Source of the DNA: Octopus vulgaris
Lineage: Eukaryota
DNA: 64,000 bases
Assembly (NCBI GenBank): GCA_951406725.2
Contig: OX597814.1
Coordinates: 201,438,001-201,502,000, forward strand
Reading direction: 5' to 3'
The position numbers and the translations under genes are program-made. Positions 26,862-39,840 of the stretch are shown piece after piece. The first letter of the stretch is position 1, and each line of letters opens with the position of its first letter. The notes below the pieces were generated by a model. It worked only from the letters and a program-made list of their open reading frames with translations. It did no database searches and was not told where the DNA came from.

Positions 26862-27570
26862 TCCTGAAATTTAGATTATGTAACTGTCTGCACACTGGGG
26901 TCGATCAAATCGACTGGCCCCGTTCCCCCAAAATTTCGGGCCTTGTTCCTAGATTAGAAAAGAAATATATATTCTGAAATGAAAGTTTTTTGTTGAATCC
27001 ATTTGCTACCAACCAGTGTGAGACTGCTCTTGATTCTTTGATACAAACTTTCTCTTTTAAAAATAAAAACCTTCCGTCAATTGCATGTTAATTTATATTC
27101 TAAATATTAGATTAATGTCAAAATTATTTCACTAAATTTTTTCTTATTTATAAAATTAATTAAAACAACGGCAGCGTAGAGTAAAGATTGTTTGCCAACA
27201 TAACGTGGCAGTCCTGGTTTAGGACTAATGTTGCTGTAATTTAGCCAAATTACTCCAAAGTACTGTTGCTGAGTACCTCTCGTTGTGAGATTTACAAATA
27301 GTAATTTTCTAAAGGCAATGTATTTAAATTAAAAAAAATACAGTAACAAAGTCGTTAAATACATCGTTCTGATAGTTTTAGTGGGAAAGCTGCGATCTTC
27401 TGCTACATTAAAAAAAGTCTTTCAATTTCAGCTTTGAGTTGGGTGATTCGTGGTCCATACTGACAGTTTTACTTATCTATGTCAGCTCTTACAGGTCTAT
27501 ATTTAAGAGAAGAGGAATCATTTCCATTATTTACATTTGACGGATATTTGTCCTTCTCTTGTTTGTTGTT

Positions 27571-27616
27571 AACACAACGTTTCGGCTGATATACCTTCCA
27601 GCCTTCATCAGGTGTC
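27571..27616 (-). ncRNA. Intact minimal type I hammerhead ribozyme motif (family A)
   Basis: gacac-CUGAUGA-a-ggcug(gaagguauau)cagcc-GAAAC-GUU-guguu. Confidence 0.8.
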
Positions 27617-27669
27617 TTGGGGAAATTTCGAACCTGGGTTCTCCTTCCTCAGGTAATTTTCGCCTCATG

Positions 27670-27725
<56 letters not shown>

Positions 27726-27735
27726 GACCTGAATG

Positions 27736-27801
<66 letters not shown>

Positions 27802-27936
27802 TTAATAATAATAATAATAATAATGATAATAATAATAATAATAATAATAATGATAATAATAATAATAATAATATTAATAATAATGATAATAATAATAATG
27901 ATAATAATAATGATAATAATAATAATAATAATAATG

Positions 27937-27993
<57 letters not shown>

Positions 27994-27994
<1 letters not shown>

Positions 27995-28326
27995 GGCGAC
28001 TACAGTACCAGTGACTGTAGGATCTCTAGGAATGATAAAACATGGTACTGAAACCTATTTGAAAATTATACCAGGCTTACAATCCCTACAGGAAGTGCAA
28101 AAAATCGTGTTAACTGGAACGACGACTCATGTACTGAGAAGAGCATTAATGCTGTGAAACAATATCCATTTATGAATTTATTTATTTAATTATTTATTTA
28201 TTTCAATAAATATTTTACCTGTGAATTTGCGTCCGCAATCTGGGAATGCATATAATGAGCTTCTCTGTCCTAGGTATACGGAAAACACTCGGCGAGAAAC
28301 GGAAGAAAATTTGAAGAAAGAAGGAA

Positions 28327-28327
<1 letters not shown>
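27994..28327 (+). mobile_element. Dong/R4 3' fragment
   Basis: VPVTVGSLGMIK...LQEVQKIVLTGTTTHVLRRAL*; between (AAT)n and (AAC)n. Confidence 0.75.
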
Positions 28328-28398
<71 letters not shown>

Positions 28399-28448
28399 CA
28401 TCGAAAAATATCTTAGAAATGAGAACCCAGGTTCGAAATTTCCCTCAA

Positions 28449-28494
28449 GACACCTGATGAAGGCTGGAGGGTATATCAGCCAAAACGTTGTGTT
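28449..28494 (+). ncRNA. Family A hammerhead motif, G12A mutant
   Basis: CTGATGA...cagcc-AAAAC-GTT. Confidence 0.6.
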
Positions 28495-28927
28495 AACAAC
28501 AAACAAGATCAGGACAAATATCTGTCAAATGTAAATGATGTAAATAATGTATATGTCAGCTCTGTTCAGCCTTATAAGGCATTGGCCATGTAAGGGTTTT
28601 TCTTGCCACTATTTTAAGCATGACATTTTGAAGCCCTATTTTTAGCTTAGCTTTTAGTTTTTTGTAACAAATTTTGATGCAGTTATTTCTTTTCTCTTGT
28701 CTGCAACCTTGTTGGTGTCAGCGCCATGTAAAATGCACCAGGGCTGGTGTCACATAAGAAACACCCGGTACAGTCTGTAAAGTACACTCTGTAAAGAGCA
28801 TCCAACCGCAGAAATCATGACAGAACATAGTGCTGAAGCCTGGTATAACACTCTAGCTTGCCAGCTCCTCTCAAACCATCCAGCTCAGGCCAGTATGGAA
28901 GATAGACGTTAAATAATGGTGATGATA

Positions 28928-28961
<34 letters not shown>

Positions 28962-29846
28962 CGATGATGATGATGATGATGAGTTAGAAGCAGAAAACAG
29001 TTTTTGTTCATGCTTTTGTCTAGCTATTTGTGCTAGCTCTTTTTTTTTTCTTTTTGTAATAAACAGTTTTGTAGTTTTACAGCAGATATTTTTAATAAAT
29101 TTTCTAGTCGATAGGTTTTCCATTCATGGTTAATTGTTCTGTGTCAAATGTTTGGGTGGCGCATTCAATATACGGTTATTATGTTTGTTTTCCTATGTAA
29201 TCACGCTTGTTTACGTAGTGTCCAGTTGAGAATATAAAAGCTGTAACTCATTTCGAGGACAATAGGAGTATTGACAGTATAGTGAGAGAATTAATTAGCA
29301 TTAAACAAATAAGGCTTTTATAATTGGCACCGATGTGGTTGTACAATTGAGAAGTTTGCGTTTAGTCTCAGTGAGTGGCCTCTTGGGTAGGTGTCTTCTA
29401 CTACAGCTGCAGGCTGAGCAAAGCCTTATGACAAGATTTGATTGATGAAAACTGAAAGAAGCTTCTTGTATTTATCTGGGTTTCTGTCTGATATGACGAC
29501 GAGAGTTCCAGTTGATCTGATCAATGGGACGGCCTGCTTATGAAATTAGTTTTCGAGTGGCTGAGTACTCCACAGACACGTATAGAGATTCAGCATGAGT
29601 CAGGATGTGGCAAGGCTGGTCCCTTTGAAATACAGGTACAACTCATTTTTGCTAGCTGAGTGTACTGGACCTCTGTGAAATAAAGTGTTTTGCTCAAGGA
29701 GACAACATGCTGACAGGAATTGAACTCACGACCTTGAAATTGTAAGCTGAATGCTCTGACATCCAAACCACATACCTTCGCTCCTTGTATTTACACATCA
29801 CACTTGCTCACGCACGTACATGTATATGTTTGTATTAGTGTTGTAT

Positions 29847-30165
29847 GCATGGCTTAGTGGTTAGAGCGTCGAGCTTACGATCGCGAGGTTGTGAGTTCTA
29901 ATCTCGGACCGGGTTGCGTGTTGTGTTCTTGAGCAAGACACTTTATTTCACGTTGCTCCAGTTAACTAAGCTGTAGAAATGAGTTGTGACATCACTGGTG
30001 CCAAGCTGTATCGGCCCCTTTGCCTTTCCTTTGGATAACACTGGTGGCATGGAGATGGGAGGCCGGTATGCATGGGTGACTGCTGGTCTTCCATAAACAA
30101 TCTTGCTCTGGGAGGGTAACTTTCTAGGTGCAATCCCATGGTCAGTCATGACCGAAGGGGGTCTC
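29847..30165 (+). mobile_element. SINE S3
   Basis: Homologous to 12145-12476. Confidence 0.85.
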
Positions 30166-30464
30166 AGTATATGTCCAAGCGTGTGTTTGTATGGACATTT
30201 CCTTGGTATCAAATAATGGTTGTAATTAAGCATCACTGTCATACAGTCGATGTTGTTCGCTTCCACTCTTCCATACATAACGTGTCTTGCCTTGGGGACA
30301 TATAATACCTTGCTTGAGGGTTGGTAGCAGGAAGAAAATCTACCTCACTAAATTCTGTCAGACTCAAGCAAGAATGGAAAATAGGACGTTTGACGATGAT
30401 TACGTTGATATTGATGTATAGTCCTTACCAATCTTATCTTTCATTTATGTGAATTGTACTCTGT

Positions 30465-31268
30465 CTCAACCACATGGTTCCAGGTTTAGTCCCACTGCTT
30501 GCTATCTTGGGCAAGTGTCTTCTACTATAGCCTCAGGCCGACCAAAGCCTCGTGAGTAGATTTCATAGAAAGAAACTCAAAAAAGCCTGTCGTATATATG
30601 AATATATATGTGTGTGCGTGTATGTTTTCGTGTCTGTGTTTGTCCCCCTAGCTTTGCTTGACAACCGATGCCGTCACTAAGCAGTTCGGCAAAAGAGATC
30701 GATAGAATAAGTACTGGGCTTACAAAGAATAAGTCTCGGGGTCGATTTGCTCGACTAAAGGCGGTGCTCCAATATGGCCGTAGTCAAATGACTGAAACAG
30801 GTAAAAGAGTAAGAGTAAAAAGTGTAAGTACATACTTGTAACTATGTTATTGGCCTTTCTTATCATTTTCCATCTAATATAACACAAGTTTAAGGTGGTG
30901 AGCTGGCAAGCCGGGTGAAATGCTTAGCGGTATTTCGTCTGTCTTTATGTTCTGAGTTCAAATTCGACTTTACCTTTCATCCTTTCGGGGTCGATTAAAT
31001 AAGTACCAGTTACGCAGTGGGGTCGATATAATAGACTTAATCCGTTTGTCTGTCCTTCTTTGTCCTCTCTGTGTTAAGCCCCTTGTGGGCAGTAAAGAAA
31101 TAAAAATTTCGTCTGTCTACGTTCTGAGTTCAAATTCCGCCAAGGTCGACTTTGCGTTTCATCCTTTCGGGATCGATAAATTAAGAACCAGTTGCATACT
31201 GGGGTCGATGTAATCGACTGGCCTCCTCCTCCCAAATTTCGAGCCTTGTGCCTAGAGTAGAAAAGAAT
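30465..31268 (+). mobile_element. SINE S2 followed by an S1 dimer
   Basis: Family matches. Confidence 0.8.
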
Positions 31269-33085
31269 ATCAACCATTCCAGCATCATAGAGAAATTAGA
31301 ATTTTGTTTCTTCTTGGTCAAAATGATTATACTTTGTTATACGATTTGCAATTAAGGCCTCGTATATTGCAATTAGGTTTGTGGCTAGGGCTTCACGCTC
31401 CTTTAATCCAAGGGATTTAGATGACACAGCCAGATGTATGCAGCTCTTTTGGTAGATTATTAAATGGCTTTTGCTAGGCCTTTGCTTTATCTTTGATCTT
31501 TTACTTGTTGCTGTTACGAAACTGCTGCCATGCTGGGGCAACACTGCCTTGAAGAATTTTGGTTGAATGAATTAATCCCAGTACATTTTATTCTCTGAAG
31601 CTGGGTACTTATCAGTCTTTTTAACCAAAAGTTAAAGGTCTATCATTTGTTGGTACCTTATATGTTCTTTGTTTTTATTTATTATTGTAACATTTATGGT
31701 ACCAAATCAGTTTCTATGGTACCTCAAGACAGTTCAGTTCCTGCAATTGCAGATTTAAAACATCTACATGCTGAACCCTTTGCTGTCCATAACACTTACC
31801 AAAATTCATCACTTTCTCTAATTATGCATTGATTTGTATTATAATTATTTGTCTTGTTAATGACATAATCATTTTGTTTGGAATAAAACTACTTGTTTCG
31901 TTCTTAAAATCCACAATTCTTTGCAATTAATCCAGGAGCTGTTGTTTCAGGCATGTTTTTATTTTTTTAAGTACCTCTTGTTTGTTTATATTAACATTTC
32001 TGATCTATTTACTTTTGGTTCTTTTGTTTTTTGGTTATATCATTTTGCTATTAATTTCATTAAGGACCAAGAGAGTCTTTACTCTCTTTTATATTCACTT
32101 TCATTTTCTAGTTTTTCTTTATTTCATTTTCCATCTTTGTTTCTTTTCTCTGTTGACTGCCTGGCTTTTAATATTACTATATCAGAAAACAGAAAGCGTT
32201 GCTCTCTGTTTTCCATAAACACAATAGTTGCAGCATATATTATATTGTTTCAGTGGATGATAATGATATATTCATACTTGTTTCCAACTCCTCAGCCCCT
32301 TCATTTGAGTTTCTCTATTGTTGTTGATACTTCATCATTGAGTTTTCAACTTGAGAGATACTTTCATTAAACCGCAGGAAGATCTATTGATTTCAATTCT
32401 GTAGTTATTTTCACCTTTAGATTATTTTCATATTTGTGATTTCCAGCTTTAGAATTTCCTATTCTTAAAAATCTTATAGTTTCCTTTCTTCATATTTTGA
32501 TGTTGTTCTGTTTAAACCTTTTCTTTGTGGGTTTCTCTTGGTGAGGGGAGTTGCTAGAAATCCAGGAACAGAAACACAAAACCTGTTAAGAGAGAGAGAG
32601 AGAGAGAGGCCAGGTTAACACAGCAGATGGTCAAATACTGTTTAGTATTACTGCAATGGGAATATAGAAATACTGGAATGGGTGACTGAGTGATCTGTTA
32701 AACCATTAGGAATGATGGATGCCTAGCTGTATTCAAAACATCAGTCTAAAAGAAATGCAAGCAAAAATGTAAACCCCACACCATCTTGTGGCACCACAGT
32801 GCCATTGACTGACTGCATTCTAAGAGTCAAATAGGGCCACTATCTTGGATAGCAGACGGCTTAAGAAATCAGAGCCAAAAGGGGATCTTGCAGATAGCTT
32901 CTTATTCAACTCTGCTAAGATTCTGAAAAGTCCTGCATCCACTCTCATTTCCAGTTGTCCTAAGCAAAGCATGTGTTGCCACTGAACCTAAATGATTCTG
33001 AGCAAAAATGCATGGACGATGATACTTATGTTTTTCTCACTTCATACTAGATGCTAGTCTCTTGGAATCACAAACAGATGGCAGT

Positions 33086-33312
33086 CCTGGCAGAATCGTT
33101 AGCACGTCGGGCGAAATGCCGAGCGGTATTTCGTCTGCCGTTACGTTGTGTGTTCAATTTCCGTCGAGGTCGACTTTGCCTTTCATCCTTTCGGGGTCGA
33201 TAAATTAAGTACTAGTTACGCACTGGGGGATCGATGTAATCGACTTAATCCGTCTGTCTGTCCTTGTTTGTCCCCTCTGTGTGTAGCCCCTTGTGAGCAG
33301 TAAAGAAATAAG
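33086..33312 (+). mobile_element. SINE S1 monomer
   Basis: Family match. Confidence 0.8.
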
Positions 33313-34299
33313 TATTACATGTTTCTGAATCAATGAAATACTATCACTACCTACAGGGCGTGTAGCACAGTTGGAAGTAGTCACAATTCTTTAGTCCTTC
33401 TCGTCACTGCACCTCAAGTTGTGGTGACATATCTTTTGCTACTCATAAATCTTTGCGGGGTGGGGGCACTATCAGAACAATTGGGGGGGGGGGGGGTCAC
33501 TATCAGAACAATTATCTTTATCTTCCTGTAAATGTGGATCACTACATTTATGAAAGTATCATCGTTTCTTAATCCATACGGTATTTTCTTGTATTTGTTT
33601 ATACCACCACTTTTCTGTTGGGACTTCAAAATGGTGGCCGAACATAAAGCATTTATATTTCTCCTCTATATTCTACTTCTTCACTTGCATTCAATAATTT
33701 CTGGTAAGGAGGTTTTGATCATCTGCTGCATCTAAGAACTTTACTGTCTCAGCCTTGAGCTTAACACTTCTCAAACACTGTTGAGATTTTTCTTTTTCTA
33801 CTTCCACCCTTGTTCAGAAAAGGGATTTATCTGTCACCGATTTAGTTGTTCATTTTATGGCTCCATTTTTATTTCGTTTTCAGCTTTTCTGCAACTTCCT
33901 TTGTTGTTTCTCTTTACACCTCATAACTGTCTGTTGTTTCCCCCTCTGGTTTGTATTTGTTTACTTCATTAAAGAAAAATACTGTTCTTTTGTGTTGCTA
34001 TTTGAATGAGTTTTCCATTATCATTTTACACAACGTTTTAGTTTGCTCTAAATATGTTATGTAAACTTTCCAGTTGCTTAAGGCCACTAACTCCTTGTAT
34101 TTGTGGGAAACATTTTTTCTATCAGTTTTTGAATGGCATATTCTAAACATAATCATTATATTATCTCATTTTTCTGTCTAGTCAAGCAAGTTTATTTTGC
34201 ATTCATTTCAGAATGCTATAGCTATAAGTTATTACTGAGTCAGCAAAAACAGTGATATTTATTAATATCATTTTTTGCTTGCTTCTAGTTCTGCATTAA

Positions 34300-35170
34300 A
34301 TATTCATGTATTTCATTAATAACGTCTTCCAAAAATTGTCTTTTATTTGTGTATTGTTGTATTATGTCTTCTTCATCGATTCCTAAGTTTTGTAAGTCTG
34401 TGTTCAGTTTAATTCCTTTCTTTCTTTTTATCTAGCATGACACTAGTATTATTTTCTTTCCTCTTTGAAGATTTGTTTGGCATATTATTTCTTATCTGAA
34501 ATTCATATCTTTTCTTCTAGTTAATCCATGAACTGTCTGCAGCAGTGTTTCTAGTTCTGCATCATCTGCAATATATAACTTAAGGTCATCCATATACATA
34601 ATAAATTTGATTGTCTTCTCATAGCATTTTTACCTGAGACTAGTCCAGTTTAACATGTTCATTAAAGGTGTTAGAATCAAGAAGGAAAGTGGGTAAAAAG
34701 AGTCAGCCTTTAAAATATTCTGCATTTAATGAGGAACAAGTTACAATTGTAACTTCCGCTTTTGTCACTATCTTTAGAACATTTACCATATAATTATGAC
34801 ATGTTCAAAATATCTGCTTATTCATGGTACTACCTTAGTTGTGGCAAATTCTTGATGCCCCTAACTGTAAAGCTTTGTGATACTGTAAAACTTTGTGATA
34901 ACCAATCCATGCCGTGCCCACTTCCAACTTTATTAATTTGTGATTGATCTTCACAATTATATATGATTTTTGCAGGAAGCAGGTTGCAGGTTGCTTTCCT
35001 TCAAGTTGTGTACTTTTCTTTGTGTTATTACTGAAGTTAGAGGCAAAAAGCAGAATTATATAAATTTTTCAAGGGTTTTCTTTTTCTTTGAGATTAGAGA
35101 TTAAGGTAGTTTTTTATCTCAATGAATCAAGATGATGATTTTGCAGAATTGTCAAAGCTTATAACAAAAT
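34300..35170 (-). mobile_element. Old Dong/R4-type RT fragment
   Basis: MYMDDLKLYIADDAELETLLQTV motif near 34.55 kb. Confidence 0.6.
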
Positions 35171-35254
35171 ACTTGGCACATTTCCCCAACTTTGAGTTCA
35201 GTTCTCACTGTATACACCTTTGCCTTTCATTCTTTCAACAGGCTTCTTTCAGTT

Positions 35255-35703
35255 TCCATCTTCCAAATTCACTAACAATGCTCTCGTTGGCCCAGGACTA
35301 TTATATAAGACACCTGCCCAAAGTGCCATACAGTTGGACTGAATTAGAAACACGTGATTGAAAGTAAACCTCCCCTCCACCCACCCACACCTATATGAAA
35401 TAAAAATTAATATAAAAAGCATTTGCTTGTATACATTTATTCATTCTTTTCTTTTTCTTTTATTCTTTTACTTGCTTCAGTCATTTGACTGCGGGCATGC
35501 TGGAGCACTGCCTTTAGTCGAACAAAACGATCCCAGGACTTTTTCTTTGTTAGCCTAGTACTTATTCTATCTGTCTCTTTTGCCGAACTGCTAAGTTACA
35601 GGGACGTAAACACACCAGCATCGGTTGTCAAGCGATGTTGGGGGACAAACACGCACACACACACATACACACAAATACACACAAACACACATACACACAC
35701 GCA

Positions 35704-35759
<56 letters not shown>

Positions 35760-36135
35760 CGACGGGCTTCTTTCGACCCCAGTGCGTAACTGTACTTATT
35801 TAATCGACCCCAAAAAGATGAAAGGCAAAGTCGACCTCGGCGGAATTTGAACTCAGAACGTAGCGGCAGACGAAATACCGCTGAGCATTTCACCCGGCGT
35901 ACTAACGTTTCTGCCAGCTCGCCGCCTTACAGTAAGAAAAATATTCTTTTCTACTCTAGGCACAAGGCCCGAAATTTTTGGAGAGGGGGCCAGTCAATTA
36001 GATCGACTTCAGTATGCAACTAGTACTTAATTTATTGACCCCCGAAATGATGAAAGGCAAAGTCAACCTCAGTGGAATTTGAACTTAGAATGTAAAGACA
36101 GACGAAATATCGTTAAGAATTTCGCTTGGCATGCT
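35255..36135 (-). mobile_element. Cluster of S2 and S1 SINE copies
   Basis: Family matches. Confidence 0.75.
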
Positions 36136-37039
36136 TGCTGTCTTACAGTAACAAAAATATTGAAAAATCATTGTAAGACTGTTCGATTAGACTTCATATT
36201 TTTAGTTAAAACTCCTTTTCAAAATCTTCAAAAAGCGAGAAAGAGATATGAACTATCTGTCGATTTCGTTGGTTTGTCTAATCCTGAATTAACTTCAAAG
36301 GATAACAATGTAACGATATTTATAAACATTATACTTGAGACAGTAAAGAGTAAAAGCCTTGCTGAAGGGTTTTGAAACACTTCACAAATAAACAATCACT
36401 CTGTCACGATTGAGAAGTAGTTCAAGTCCTGTCAATGGGTCTCTTGTGTTTTACCACCTTAAATCAATGCATATGAATTACAAACACCATAAGGATTTAT
36501 AATTTCTAAATAGTGGCGTTATTCTCCTTTGATGTTACCGCTACTGGCAGAAAATTTCATGCAGTTCTGTGAACCACTATACAACATAACAGAAATGGAA
36601 GACACCGTCTTTATACAACAGTTCAGTTTTATGTAATGTCACTAACATTAAGGATTGGCGTCCTCAGACGGCCCTAAACAGACTTTGTTTACGATGTGCC
36701 AATGTAACTGTTTTCAAGGCCTACAATTTTAGGGGAGAGAGAAGTTGATTATATTGACCCAAGTACTTGCTTGGTACTTTAACTTATAGACCCTGAGAGG
36801 CTGAAAGGGCAAGTCAGCCTCAGCCAGTGGCGGACTGGCCAGGTTGCCAGCTTGCCCAAAGGCAAGTGGGCTCCTGTGCCATTAGAATCCACATATATGG
36901 GGTCTCATGTTAGTATCTAAGGGACCCATCCTCTCAAGTTTGAGAATTTTTTTATTCACCCCTGGAAGAATGCATGAATTATTTCATTATTTACATTATT
37001 TACATTTGACGGGTATTTGTCCTCATCTTGTTTGTTGTT

Positions 37040-37085
37040 AACACAACGTTTCGGCTGATATGCCCTCCAGCCTTCTTCAGGTGTC
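37040..37085 (-). ncRNA. Intact minimal hammerhead motif (family A, CUGAAGA)
   Basis: gacac-CUGAAGA-a-ggcug...cagcc-GAAAC-GUU-guguu. Confidence 0.8.
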
Positions 37086-37163
37086 TTGGGGAAATTTCGA
37101 ATCTGGGTTCTCATTCCTAAGGTATATTTTGATATCATTATTATTATTATTATTATTATTATT

Positions 37164-37716
37164 GAGTGAGAGAGCAGTTCATGCCATCAAAGTGACACTG
37201 GGGTAAAATATGCAAAGCCCAGTATACCCATCATGACTACCCATCTGGTAAGGGTACACTAGGCACATGAATCACAACCATATGTGCGCGACATGGTGAT
37301 CTATAACAAGATAAACAGTGCATGAACTTGTGGGTGGGGCCCAGTTAGAATTTTCTTCTGGTTGGGTAACCCATCCCACTCAAAAGGTCCCTGATTAAGG
37401 GTTGTTTAAGGATGTTGAACGAACCACCTATGTTTCCAAAGGTGAATTATTCAAACCCCAAAGAATCCCTCTCAACACACGGCTATGATACTCCCGAGCT
37501 ACTGCTCATGATCAGAGATGCTCATATCGTCAGCCACTAAGGGACATGCTGAACTGGTTAAGGTCGAACAACTGACAAGCAAATCTGTGGTATTGAGCAG
37601 AATATTTGTTGTAGCCCATTTTTTTATACCAAGACAAAACAATGTACATGATAGCACTTCCAGTCAGTTAAGATCAGAAGCCATGAGAGCCGCTGCTTGG
37701 TACTGCATCAGGGCAT
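37164..37716 (-). mobile_element. Family T retroposon, apparently full length (~550 bp), inside (ATT)n
   Basis: Flanked by (ATT)n on both sides; its 5' end matches the start of the 60401 copy. Confidence 0.75.
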
Positions 37717-37797
<81 letters not shown>

Positions 37798-39329
37798 TCA
37801 CTGCCTGGAATGGAACTCAGAATCTTGGGGTTAGTAACTCATGCTCTTAACCCAGGTTTGAAATTTCCCCAAGTCACCTGATGAAACGTTGTATTAACAA
37901 AACGTTGTATTAACAACAAACAAGATGAGGACAAATATCCATCAAATGTAAATAATGTAAATAATGTACATAATTCCTCATCTCCTAAGTATAGAACTGG
38001 CTGTGCTTGTAGACAGTTGAAAAGAATACTTTTAACAAAGAAAGAATTAAATGATAGTATTATAATTGTGAGTGGGCCCCCTTGTAGTTGCAGCTGGGCC
38101 CGCTTGTAGTTGTGGGTGGGCCCCTTAGTCTCCTGGCAACCAATATTTTTAAACCGAGTCTGCCACTGGCCTCAGCAGAAACTGAACTCAGTGTCTAAAG
38201 AGCTGGAGGACATACAACGAGGCATTTTTCTGATGTGGTAACAAGAGAGAGCAAAAGAGGGAAGTAAAAAGGAAAGAAGAAATTCCTGTAATATCCAAAG
38301 ATGGATAGAGACCAACAAAAACGGTATTTTAAAGGTGTGAGTCTTGAAATTACTTTCTCGTTTACATGATATTCCATTGTCATCGTTATATATTTAATTA
38401 AATGGGTGTCTCCGGTTATAAGCTAAATACAGTATTCATAGTTCAGTTTTTGTTTTCATGCTCTATTTCTAATTCCATAATAGCATTTCAAGTTCATTGA
38501 TGCAATTCTTTTTGGACAGACCCTCAGCTTAGCTTTTCATTTCTGGGCTGAATCTGTTACAATCAGCTACATTAACATTTCAAACCTTGGAAACACAATG
38601 AGCCGTAGCCTACAATATCTACAGATAATCTACAATAAGTAATGAAAGAGTTCTCTTTATTGCATGTCAAATATTAAAGTGTCTTCATATAATTTCATGG
38701 GAAGATTTACATGGTAAAATGGTAAATTTAAAACACTGATGTTGACAGTAGAGGAGAACGTGACACGAAATTTAATGAGTTTTCTGCCATCAATCATTCT
38801 ATAAAAGGACCACAATTTTTATATATATTATATGCCTTCAATTAAAACTTTCATTTTCCGTAGAGAAGATTAATTACTGCTAAGCAACTGACATTTGTAT
38901 TCATCAAAGTTGTGTGGCGCTACCAAGAGATTAATGTAGGTTATAGGGAAATGATATTACTAAGTCCATCAAAACTCTGCAGCCCCTTACGACCAAATGA
39001 CTCTCATTTCCTCATCTGTTCACATTCATGAAAAATAGGTTGAAAAGATGTGACAGAAAATTAAAAGCAGTATTCATCAATGCATTTTCAAATACGAGGC
39101 TTCCATTGTTACAGATTCCAAAATTATCAATTAAGTGGTTGACAAGTGAATTTAGCAGAGAGAGAGTGAGAGAGAGAGGGGGAGAGAGAGAGAGGGGGGA
39201 GAGAGAGAGAGAGAATGAACGAGTAGTGGTGGTGAGAACTTTATCTCAAGACTACAAGTCACAGAGGCAAAGAAAAAATAACTCGTATAATAGAGCTGAT
39301 ATCATAATGGCTATTCTTCATCGCTATTT

Positions 39330-39600
39330 TGATGATGATGATGATGATGATGATGGTGATGATGACGATGACGATGACGATGATGATGATGATGATAATG
39401 AGCTTCATCAGCTTCATGCTCATCGCAGTCATCATCATCATTAAATTCCTCCTCCAAAACATTGTCATCATCATCATCGTAGTCATTGTCGTCGTCATCA
39501 GCATAATCATCATCGTCGTCGTCGCTGTCGTCGTCGTCTTCATCATCATCACCATCAACGTCGTTTTCGTCACCACCACCACTATCATCATAATCACTAT
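39330..39600. repeat. (GAT)n/(CAT,CGT)n low-complexity tract; similar tract at 40190-40575
   Basis: Direct reading. Confidence 0.9.
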
Positions 39601-39649
39601 TAGCTACAACAATAACAGCCTATGTCTGAGGTTGATGTTGCTGCTGTTG

Positions 39650-39840
39650 TTGTTAAGCAACGAGACGGGTAAGGGTGATTAGGCGATGGTCTAGGGCTTA
39701 GGGGCGGGAGACCCCAGACCTTGGGAAAAAAACTTTGGTCGTCTTGTTTTAGTTGAGGCCTCTTCGTTGACACCACTGGAAGGTGGCCCTCGAAGTCGCT
39801 GTAAATGGAGATCTCCAGGTCCAAATTCTTGGACGGCTGC
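39650..39840 (+). repeat. ~190-bp GC-rich structured repeat with an inverted copy at 52014-52212
   Basis: Direct reverse-complement alignment by eye. Confidence 0.85.

Larger units (their letters stand above)
27497..28550. mobile_element. Family A inverted dimer with a Dong fragment inserted in its (AAT)n
   Basis: Minus-strand tail 27497-27662, plus-strand 'tgacctga(ata)n' from 27725, plus-strand tail 28398-28550. Confidence 0.75.
36985..37998. mobile_element. Family A inverted dimer interrupted by a family T retroposon
   Basis: Minus tail 36985-37137, minus tRNA-like head 37792-37851, plus tail 37850-37998. Confidence 0.75.
36825..38168. mobile_element. hAT-type non-autonomous element carrying nested insertions
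   Basis: TIR CAGTGGC(G/A)GACT; perfect 8-bp TSD GCCTCAGC at 36817-36824 and 38169-38176; splits an S1 SINE. Confidence 0.9.

Noticed and set aside
32600-33010. Very old Dong-like C-terminal remnant (LFNSAKILK)
   Set aside because: Too degraded to delimit with confidence
37640-37716. HDV-like ribozyme at the 5' end of family T
   Set aside because: Could not find P1 complementarity by eye
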